Shown piece after piece: positions 9,510-17,730 of a stretch of 64,000 nt of DNA. Position 1 is the stretch's first letter; every line of letters begins with the position of its first letter. The translations under genes and the position numbers were made by a program. This stretch comes from Desulfobacterales bacterium (GTDB taxonomy: Bacteria; Desulfobacterota; Desulfobacteria; Desulfobacterales; UBA5616): positions 93,558 through 157,557 of the forward strand of contig JAWODC010000070.1 of the NCBI GenBank assembly GCA_046483495.1. Direction: 5' to 3'. The notes under the pieces were generated by a model, which worked only from the letters and a program-made list of their open reading frames with translations, had not been told where the DNA came from and did not search any database.

Positions 9510-12227
9510 ATGAAACCTTCCATTTCAGCTTATGATGCCGCCCAAAAACGTATAAATGAATTGGAACGCATGTTGGATTTGGCCCCGGATCTGATTTTTC
9601 GGGTGGACCGGGATCTTCGGCATGAGTATGTGAATCAACATGCTTTGAACGTCACCGGCTTGTCCCGGGAACAGTATATCGGGAAAACAAATCGGCAATT
9701 GAACATGCCGGAGGAGCTTTGCCGGCTCTGGGACAACACCTATTCGGCTGTTTTTCAGGAAAAAAAATCCAGGCAAATCGAATTCAGTTTCCCCTCCGGT
9801 AAAGGCATTGTGCATTACCAAATGCGGGTTGTTCCGGAAATCGATGATAACGGCACCGTTGCGACCGTCATCGGGATCAGTCGGGACATCACCGAACAGA
9901 AAAATGCCGAAACAGCACTGCAAAATAGTGAAGAAAAGTTTTCAAAAATATTTTCACTCAGCCCCAACCTCAAGTTTGTCGGCGAAATCGAAACAGGCAT
10001 GGTGTTGGAAGCCAATCAGGCCTTCTGTGACATTACCGGTTATCGTAATGACGAATTGGTGGGCCGTTCGTTTTTGGAACTCGGTTTGATATCCGGCGAA
10101 GAAGGTGCGGAAATCTTCCGCCGGCTTCACGAGACCGGTATGGTGCGGGATATTCAAATCCACATCACCAGCAGATCGAATGAGGCGAAGGTCTGCCTTT
10201 TTTCTGCCGTGGTCATCGATTATCAGGGAAAACGATGTATGATCGGGTATGGAACGGATCATACCGAGCGGGAACAGGCAGAAAGGAGCATAAGGGAAAA
10301 CGAAGAACGCCTTCGGGCGATCGTGAACAACTCCATCGACGGCATCATTCAAATGGATTTGCGAAGCGGAAAGTACGTGTTTATCAGCCCGTCTGTTGAG
10401 CGACTCACCGGATTTACACTGGACGAGATAAACCTCATTGAAGATACGGCCGCCCGCATCCATCCGGAGGATCGGCCGAAGATCGATGCCAATCTCAAAC
10501 TCCTTGCCAAAGGAGAGATGCCTCCAAGACCTTTAGAATACCGGTGGCGGGTTCGCAGCGGGGCATACCGGTGGTTCAGCGACTCGAGAGGCACCATTCG
10601 GGATAAAAACGGAACGATTTTATCCTTGGTGGGGATGGTCCGCGATATCACCGAGCAGAAAGAGGCCGAAGAAGCACTGCAGCAATCCAAGGAGTTATAC
10701 CGAACACTTGCGGCCAATTTGCCCGATGGTGCGGTTTACATTCTGGACCCCTCCTTGCGTTTTGTCCTGGCTGCGGGACAAGCATTGCCCCTTTTCGGAC
10801 TTTCCCCTGAGCAACTGGAGGGCCGAACGATTTGGGAAGCATTCGACCATTCAGCCGGGCAATATGAATCCTTGCTTTACAAGGCGCTGAACGGGGAATT
10901 TTTCAAAATCGAACATGATGTTAACAATCGCTTCTGCCTGACACAGGGCGTACCGATACGGGATGGGAATGGAATGATAACCCATGTGCTGGTCCTGTCG
11001 CATGACCTTACCGAGCGCAAAAAAATGGAGGAGGAGCTGAGAAAATCGCGTGATAAATTGGAAATGCGGGTTCAGGAGCGGACGGTTGAACTGGAAAAAA
11101 GGGCTTCCCAGCTCGCCCGGCTCAGTTCCGAATTGACGCTTTCCGAGCAGAGAGAGCGTGACCGTATTGCAGAAGTTCTCCACGACCATCTTCAACAATT
11201 GATCGTCGGCGCCAAAATCGGCCAGGAAACACTGATCGCCAATCTGGATCAGAGTGCAAGGTCCATGGCCGAACGCGTCCTCGACCTGGTGAGTCTATCG
11301 CTCAGAACATCGCGCTCTTTGTCTGCCGAACTCTCCCCTTCCGTGCTTCGAACCGGCAATTTTTCGGCTTCTCTGAAATGGCTGTGTGATTGGATGCTTG
11401 AGACGCATGGGCTCGCGGTCGAGCTGGACATTGCCCATGACCTTTTCCTGGATCGGGAAGACCTCGTTATATTGCTGTTTCAGTCCATTCGGGAGTTGCT
11501 GTTGAATGTCGTAAAGCATGCCGGTGTAGCATCTGCCGGCGTATCCGCTGAATACAAAAGAGGAAAACTCAGGATCGTTGTCGCTGACAGGGGAAAAGGA
11601 TTCGTTCCGAAACATATCATCGAAGGAGAAGAAGCCGGCTCCCGATTCGGTTTGTTCAGCATCGAAGAGCGGCTGATGCATCTCGGTGGAAAACTCAAAG
11701 TAGAAAGTGTTCTCGAAAAGGGCACGACGATTTCCTTGATTGTGCCTGTCCGCGAACCGATAGGCACCGAAAAACAGCCGTCGGTTTCCAGTAAACGGGA
11801 TAAGCGAGTGGTTTCGATGCGGGCGGGTGCCGAAAACATCCGTGTGTTGCTGGCTGATGACCATCCGGTAATGCGGGAAGGTCTTTCCAAGATGCTCAGC
11901 TATCAAGCCGATATCGAAGTGGTCGGTGAGGCATCGGATGGCGAACAAGCCGTCAATATGGCCCGGGAGCTGATTCCGGACGTTGTGCTAATGGACATCA
12001 ATATGCCCAAGATGAACGGCGTGGCGGCCACACGTAAGATACACTTGGAATTTCCACATATTCGCATTATCGGTCTGTCGATGCATGAAGAAGATGAAAT
12101 AGGCGCTGAAATGATCGAAGCCGGGGCGGCCTCTTACCGGTCAAAAAGCGGCAACACCGATCTTCTGCTTGCTTCGATACGCGGGGATGAAATGCCGTCA
12201 GACGACGCAAAAAGCCGCGCCAACTGA
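9510..12227 (+). CDS. Multi-PAS hybrid sensor histidine kinase (HisKA_3 type) with C-terminal receiver domain
   Basis: Repeated PAS/PAC motifs (RDITEQK), H-box EVLHDHLQQL, ELLLNVVKHA, DRGKGF, receiver LLADDH...MDINMP. Confidence 0.92.
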   Translation: MKPSISAYDAAQKRINELERMLDLAPDLIFRVDRDLRHEYVNQHALNVTGLSREQYIGKTNRQLNMPEELCRLWDNTYSAVFQEKKSRQIEFSFPSGKGIVHYQMRVVPEIDDNGTVATVIGISRDITEQKNAETALQNSEEKFSKIFSLSPNLKFVGEIETGMVLEANQAFCDITGYRNDELVGRSFLELGLISGEEGAEIFRRLHETGMVRDIQIHITSRSNEAKVCLFSAVVIDYQGKRCMIGYGTDHTEREQAERSIRENEERLRAIVNNSIDGIIQMDLRSGKYVFISPSVERLTGFTLDEINLIEDTAARIHPEDRPKIDANLKLLAKGEMPPRPLEYRWRVRSGAYRWFSDSRGTIRDKNGTILSLVGMVRDITEQKEAEEALQQSKELYRTLAANLPDGAVYILDPSLRFVLAAGQALPLFGLSPEQLEGRTIWEAFDHSAGQYESLLYKALNGEFFKIEHDVNNRFCLTQGVPIRDGNGMITHVLVLSHDLTERKKMEEELRKSRDKLEMRVQERTVELEKRASQLARLSSELTLSEQRERDRIAEVLHDHLQQLIVGAKIGQETLIANLDQSARSMAERVLDLVSLSLRTSRSLSAELSPSVLRTGNFSASLKWLCDWMLETHGLAVELDIAHDLFLDREDLVILLFQSIRELLLNVVKHAGVASAGVSAEYKRGKLRIVVADRGKGFVPKHIIEGEEAGSRFGLFSIEERLMHLGGKLKVESVLEKGTTISLIVPVREPIGTEKQPSVSSKRDKRVVSMRAGAENIRVLLADDHPVMREGLSKMLSYQADIEVVGEASDGEQAVNMARELIPDVVLMDINMPKMNGVAATRKIHLEFPHIRIIGLSMHEEDEIGAEMIEAGAASYRSKSGNTDLLLASIRGDEMPSDDAKSRAN

Positions 12228-12251
12228 AAACTGCCGGGGCTGAAAAATTTC

Positions 12252-12773
12252 ATGATTTCAGCGTTTGACGTCAAGTATTTCGAAGATGGCAGTGCAGTGG
12301 TTGCGGCTGTCGTTTTCGAAAAATTCAATGATGCGGCACCGATATCCACCTACAGGAAAAACATCGACAGGGTGAATGAATATGTTCCGGGCTCATTTTA
12401 TCGACGGGAACTGCCCTGCATTTTATCGCTGCTGGCCGATATCAGGGAAACGATCGACACCATTATAATCGACGGTTATGTATATTTGGGAAACCGTCCC
12501 GGCCTCGGCGCATATCTGAAGGCGGAAACAGGCGAAGCCTTCACGATTATCGGCGTAGCAAAATCGTGTTTTAAAGGGAGTGCTGCAGCCAAAGTGTATC
12601 GAGGCCGAAGCCGAAATCCCCTTTATATCAGCGCCTCAGGCATGGATCAGGCAAAAGCTGCGGATCTCGTTGCACGCATGCATGGAAAGTATCGCATACC
12701 GACACTTCTAAAAGAAGTGGATCAACTGACCAAACGGCAACACGTCCCTGCAGGCCGATCTTCTGATTATTAA
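12252..12773 (+). CDS. nfi: Endonuclease V (deoxyinosine 3' endonuclease), short form
   Basis: FDVKY, YVPGSFYRRELP, IIDGY, IGVAKS, RIPT motifs. Confidence 0.85.
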   Translation: MISAFDVKYFEDGSAVVAAVVFEKFNDAAPISTYRKNIDRVNEYVPGSFYRRELPCILSLLADIRETIDTIIIDGYVYLGNRPGLGAYLKAETGEAFTIIGVAKSCFKGSAAAKVYRGRSRNPLYISASGMDQAKAADLVARMHGKYRIPTLLKEVDQLTKRQHVPAGRSSDY

Positions 12774-12774
12774 A

Positions 12775-13293
12775 ATGGAAATAAGGCAAACAAACCGCAA
12801 TGACTGGAAACTGATCCGGCCCATTCTGCATGACGTATTCGGCAACGGTGACACTTACCCGCATTCGCCGGATACCCCCGAAAGTGCTGAACATGATTAT
12901 TGGATCGTGTCGCCGACGGCATCATATGTTGCCGTCGAAAGAGGGAATGTGGTCGGCAGCTACTATCTCAAACCGAATCAGCCCGGCTTGGGCTCCCATG
13001 TTGCCAATGCAGGATTTATCGTAAAAAGGTCGAAACGAGGTCTCGGCATCGGCAGGGCTATGGGTAGACATTCCTTGTTCGAGGCAAAGCGATTGGGTTT
13101 TATGGCCCTTCAGTTCAACCTGGTTGTCAGCACCAACACGGCATCCTTGAAGCTGTGGCGAAGTCTTGGCTTCTCCGTAGTCGGCACATTGCCGCTGGCA
13201 TTCAACCATAACGTATTCGGATACGTGGATGCATTTGTCATGTACCGGCTTCTCGATGATATCGAAATCGGCGTTTTGGAAAGGGTAAAATAA
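12775..13293 (+). CDS. GNAT family N-acetyltransferase
   Basis: RGLGIGRAM motif A; FNLVVSTNTASLKLWRSLGF. Confidence 0.88.
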   Translation: MEIRQTNRNDWKLIRPILHDVFGNGDTYPHSPDTPESAEHDYWIVSPTASYVAVERGNVVGSYYLKPNQPGLGSHVANAGFIVKRSKRGLGIGRAMGRHSLFEAKRLGFMALQFNLVVSTNTASLKLWRSLGFSVVGTLPLAFNHNVFGYVDAFVMYRLLDDIEIGVLERVK

Positions 13294-13295
13294 CC

Positions 13296-13868
13296 ATGAA
13301 CAATAAACCACCGACCCGCGAGGAGGCTTTTCACCTGTTAAAGGAATTCAACACCAGCGAGGCATTGATCAAGCATGCGGTTGCCGTTGAAGGTGTTATG
13401 CGGCACATTGCGCGCAAGTACAATGAAGATGAAGACAAATGGGGAATCATCGGTCTGATTCACGACCTGGACTATGAGAAATTTCCCGAAAGCCATTGCA
13501 CAAAAACCAGGGAAATATTGGAGGAGCACGGATGGCCTGAGGAGTATATCCGGGCCGCCGTTTCCCACGGGTGGGGCATCTGTTCAGATGTTGAACCGCT
13601 TTCCCGGCTCGAAAAAACCCTTTACGCCATCGACGAGCTCACCGGACTGATCACCGCCTGCGTTTTGGTGCGGCCTTCAAAAAGCATCATGGATCTAAAA
13701 ACCAAATCCGTCCGCAAGAAATGGAATCAAAAAGGGTTTGCCGCCGGGGCAAACCGGAACCTCATCGAAGCCGGCGCAAAAATGCTCGGTGTTGAACGCG
13801 ATGACCTGATCAGTGATACCATCGCCGGCATGCAGGAAGTGGCCGATCAAATCGGCCTTAAGGGTTAA
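13296..13868 (+). CDS. HDIG/HD-domain metal-dependent phosphohydrolase
   Basis: KHAVAVE, GLIHDLDYE, AIDELTG. Confidence 0.88.
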   Translation: MNNKPPTREEAFHLLKEFNTSEALIKHAVAVEGVMRHIARKYNEDEDKWGIIGLIHDLDYEKFPESHCTKTREILEEHGWPEEYIRAAVSHGWGICSDVEPLSRLEKTLYAIDELTGLITACVLVRPSKSIMDLKTKSVRKKWNQKGFAAGANRNLIEAGAKMLGVERDDLISDTIAGMQEVADQIGLKG

Positions 13869-14056
13869 ACTGTCCGGGTAATGCCTCGGCCCATTTCTTT
13901 TTCCTGCCTTTAAAAATACTTCTTGAAAGAACTTTTTATCAGCCGTAATATTCATATAACTTATTGTTATAATATGATAAATTTATATTACAGCTAACAG
14001 AGGTATCGGTTTTTAAGTTCTTCTAACAATCCTTGCAGGAAAGGGGGTGATGAGAA

Positions 14057-14263
14057 ATGAAGAACTTAAAATTTTCTTTGATCGATAACGATTATGCTAT
14101 CCAGGCGTGTACCGATCTCGATATCAGTGACAGTACCATGGATCTTTTTATGGCATTCCTCAAGAGCATGAAAGAAGAATTGATTACGGGCCAATCCGTT
14201 TATTTTGAAATCGAGAGTGCAGATAATGATCCGGTGATGTTTACGGTTTTGCAATCCAATTAA
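14057..14263 (+). CDS. Small acidic hypothetical protein (68 aa)
   Basis: GGGGGTGA RBS before ATG; AT-rich upstream region; fills the gap before a convergent gene. Confidence 0.55.
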   Translation: MKNLKFSLIDNDYAIQACTDLDISDSTMDLFMAFLKSMKEELITGQSVYFEIESADNDPVMFTVLQSN

Positions 14264-14279
14264 AAAATGATTCAAGTGG

Positions 14280-17200
14280 TTATTTGGTGACCCGAACGAC
14301 GCGTCCCGTGGTTAGAAACAGGATCAAACCCCGGTCGGCGCCGGTGGCTGTCATGTAATCCCTTACCTGGGTTCGATATAATTCCACTTGTTTGGGTGAC
14401 GGGTTCACATCGCTTTTCCAGTCGATCACTCCAGTGATGCGGCCGGTTTCATCTACGGCGGCTGCATCTGCAATGCCTGCCGTCAAGGAAAGTTCCCGAT
14501 CGTTAGAAGATTCGGCGTAAACGGGCAGTTCCGGAGATAACAGAGGCCGAAGAGCAACGATTTCAGGCAGCTGAAGGGTTCGACAAACGGCATCCGCTAT
14601 CTCTTGGCTCGACGGCCCCTTTGCGGGATCGGCCTCATCGGAAAGCCCCAACTGGTCGAGCAGTTCAACCGCACGACTTTTCAAAGCCGGCGCGGTATCC
14701 TTCAATTCCCCTGTGAGCACCTCCTCTATTAATTTGTGCATCACCATGCCGCGTTGAGGTCCGCCTTTTATGTCAGCTTCTCCGGATATGCCGAAGGGTT
14801 GAGCCTCGTCGGGTGCACTTTCCAGGATCGCTTCGACGTCCGTGTAGACCTTCGGGGCCGTCTCTATCGGCTCCTCGACGTGTTCATGCCGACTGGGACG
14901 CCGCCAGTGTATATGCTTTTCAAAAGCGGCTATCGCGGCCGCCTCCCGTTCCCAGGTCGCCAAATCCTGACGGTTCACGCTTTCTTCGGGATGAGGGGTT
15001 GGTTTCCCCTTGTATGGGTCGGTATTGAAAACCGGAAGAGTGCCGGTGTCCAGATCCAGCAGTCCAAACCAATCGTCGGATTTGCGTTCTCCCGGATCGG
15101 GCAGCAGCAGAAGATCCCGGGCACGGGTCAGGGCGACATACCACAATCGCACCCGCTCACGGCGGAGTGCTTCGGCCTCTTCCCGGCACACGGCTGCGAA
15201 ATCCGGACCGGGATACCCGAATATCTTGAAATGAACGCTGTCATCCCGGCGACGATACAGGAAATTCATGTCGGAACGCAGCCGGGTCATCGCGTTGATT
15301 GGAATGACGATCGGCCACTCCAGGCCCTTTGCCGAGTGAACCGTAATAATCGAAACCGCCTCTGCCTCGGCATCCGGCCGGCCTTCCGTTTGGGCATCGG
15401 CGTTTTGCCAGCGATCCCATAGCGCCCGGGCAAAATCGGAAATGCCGCGGGCGGCAAACGCCCGGGACATTTCAAGCACGAGTTCGACATTGGCCAGCGC
15501 GCGTTCAGCCCCCCTGGGATGCCGTGCCTTCAGCAGCGGTCGGACCTGCAGTGCTTCAACGGCTTCGGACATCAAGAGATAAGGTGTCGTCTGCCGGGCT
15601 TTTCGGGCGAGATTCTGAAGGGCCAAGAGCGTCTGTTTGAGAATCGGATGGCGAAGCAACGCCGGGTCCGTCCACAAATGGAGCCTGTGATTGCCGCCGG
15701 ATGCGTGCAATGCTTCTATTTCATCGGCGATTTCCGCTTCCGTAAGACCGACCAGCGGACCCCGCAGCAGGGCTCCGAGCGCCAGGGTGTCCCGCCGGTC
15801 CGCCACGGTCCGCGCGACGGCGATCAAATCCTGGACTTCCTGGCGCCGAAAAAATCCTTTTCCGGCCTGGGTGGCGATCGGAATCCCCTGCATTTCCAGT
15901 GCACGCTCATACACCCACAGGCCGGTTCCGGTGGGTGCGAGTAAAGCCAAATCGCTGGGAACCGCCGGCCGCAATGTACCCGATTGTTTGTCGAAAACGG
16001 GATATGCACCGATCAGAGAGGCCGCTGTTCGGGCGACGGCGGCCGCTTCCAGCCGACGGACGGTATCGACCGGCGGTGGGCCTTTATCAATGCAAAGGTC
16101 ATCGTCAAACGCGATGTCAAGTACGGCCACGCAGGGTTCGCGACCGGATTTTCGAATGGCGGTAAGCGGCTTGAAGCCGGTCCGGCCGCTGGGTGAATCC
16201 ATCATGCCGGCGAAATGGGTGTTGACGAATGTGATAATATGTTCCTGGGACCGGAAATTGGTGAATATCTCGATGACGGCACCGGGGTCATGGCCGAGAA
16301 TCGCTTTCTTTGCCTCGAGATACGTTTCCACATCGGCCCCCCGGAACCGGTAAATGGCCTGTTTGGGATCTCCCACCAGGAAAAGGGCGCCGGGCCTGAG
16401 GGTGCGATCCTGCCACGACAATTCGGGGTTTCCCTCCCCGGCAAGCCGCCACAGGATTTCCGCCTGCATGGGATCGGTGTCCTGGAATTCATCCACTAAA
16501 ATGTAAGGATAACGATCGGCCAATGCCCGCCTTACCGGCTCGTTTTCTTTCAAAAGACTGCACGCGTGGTGAAGAAGGTCGTCGAAATCCAGCAATGCGG
16601 CCATATGCTTGTACGTTCGGTACAGATCCTGAAGGGCATCGAATTCCTTGACAAAACGCTGGAAGGCGAGCGTTCCCAATGCCTCGCAAAACGCTTGGTA
16701 TGCATTGCCGCACGCCGTGTAAAGGGCTTCGCCCCGGGCACTCAGGGAATCTGCGTGCGCTTTGCTCTTTCCTGCAACTTTAGCGGCTTTTTGCCATTTG
16801 CCTTTTCGCCGCCATTGCTTGAATGCGGTGTCGTTTTTCTTGCATGCCTGCGGAGCTGCATGAAAAAGAAGCTCCGCGATGTGCCGGCCGTTGAGCGGTC
16901 CGGCCGCCGCCTTGCGGGCCACCTTCGCCAAGTGTGCCATATCATCGATAAATTCAGCCGTGGTGCATTCCGTCAACCCGCAGGTGCTGTACCAGGATGA
17001 ACACGCAGCGATGGCTTCTGAAAGGCGTTCGAAAACGGAGGCGTCCACCGCTGCCGCCGGTGCCCGCGCGGTGCGGTGCAGCTTGAGAAACCGGGCGGTT
17101 TTTTCGATAAGGTCAAGGGTTTCATCGGGAGATTTGAGGAGCAGTTCGGTAAACAGATCGTCTTCCCCGCCGGCATCGGGCACCGGCGGTATGCGCCCAA

Positions 17201-17726
17201 GGCCCTCGGCACCGCGGTCCCGGCCGAACCGGGCCGACAGCCAGGCATGCATCAAGTCCTGGTAGGCCAGTTCGGCGGCTGCGGGATCGATGATCGCCGC
17301 GCCCGGATCGATATGAGTTTCAACCGGATAAGGGATGATCAGCTGTCTGGAAAACCCGTGAATGGTGGTGCAGGTGATTTCGTCAAGAACGCTGCTGCCC
17401 TTTAACAGGTTTTCACGCTGCCGTTCGGAAAGTCCGCCAGGTAGGGCATCGTGCAGCTCCACAGGCATCTTTTCGTCAAGCAGCATGCCAACAAAGCGCT
17501 CGATGCGCTCCAACAGCTCGGCGGCCGCCGCTTCCGTGAAGGTGATGGCAACGATGCTTCGGGGAGCGGCTCCCCCGGCAATCAGAAGGGTGACCCGTCC
17601 TGCCAGAAGCGCTGTTTTTCCGCTTCCGGCACCGGCCTCTACCAGGTAGGTATGATCATGATCGGTCAGGGCGGTAAGCCGCCCCTCGGCATCGGGCAGG
17701 CTCGGTTTTCCGGATGATTCCGGCAT
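14280..17726 (-). CDS. AddA-like UvrD/SF1 helicase with C-terminal PD-(D/E)XK nuclease
   Basis: AGAGSGKT, ITFT, LVDEFQDT, VGDPKQAIYRFRGA, TVHSAKGLE, YVALTRA, GIAD...IDWKS; start placed at MPESS (17726), just after the partner's stop. Confidence 0.9.
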   Translation of the reverse strand: MPESSGKPSLPDAEGRLTALTDHDHTYLVEAGAGSGKTALLAGRVTLLIAGGAAPRSIVAITFTEAAAAELLERIERFVGMLLDEKMPVELHDALPGGLSERQRENLLKGSSVLDEITCTTIHGFSRQLIIPYPVETHIDPGAAIIDPAAAELAYQDLMHAWLSARFGRDRGAEGLGRIPPVPDAGGEDDLFTELLLKSPDETLDLIEKTARFLKLHRTARAPAAAVDASVFERLSEAIAACSSWYSTCGLTECTTAEFIDDMAHLAKVARKAAAGPLNGRHIAELLFHAAPQACKKNDTAFKQWRRKGKWQKAAKVAGKSKAHADSLSARGEALYTACGNAYQAFCEALGTLAFQRFVKEFDALQDLYRTYKHMAALLDFDDLLHHACSLLKENEPVRRALADRYPYILVDEFQDTDPMQAEILWRLAGEGNPELSWQDRTLRPGALFLVGDPKQAIYRFRGADVETYLEAKKAILGHDPGAVIEIFTNFRSQEHIITFVNTHFAGMMDSPSGRTGFKPLTAIRKSGREPCVAVLDIAFDDDLCIDKGPPPVDTVRRLEAAAVARTAASLIGAYPVFDKQSGTLRPAVPSDLALLAPTGTGLWVYERALEMQGIPIATQAGKGFFRRQEVQDLIAVARTVADRRDTLALGALLRGPLVGLTEAEIADEIEALHASGGNHRLHLWTDPALLRHPILKQTLLALQNLARKARQTTPYLLMSEAVEALQVRPLLKARHPRGAERALANVELVLEMSRAFAARGISDFARALWDRWQNADAQTEGRPDAEAEAVSIITVHSAKGLEWPIVIPINAMTRLRSDMNFLYRRRDDSVHFKIFGYPGPDFAAVCREEAEALRRERVRLWYVALTRARDLLLLPDPGERKSDDWFGLLDLDTGTLPVFNTDPYKGKPTPHPEESVNRQDLATWEREAAAIAAFEKHIHWRRPSRHEHVEEPIETAPKVYTDVEAILESAPDEAQPFGISGEADIKGGPQRGMVMHKLIEEVLTGELKDTAPALKSRAVELLDQLGLSDEADPAKGPSSQEIADAVCRTLQLPEIVALRPLLSPELPVYAESSNDRELSLTAGIADAAAVDETGRITGVIDWKSDVNPSPKQVELYRTQVRDYMTATGADRGLILFLTTGRVVRVTK

Positions 17727-17730
17727 TTGT

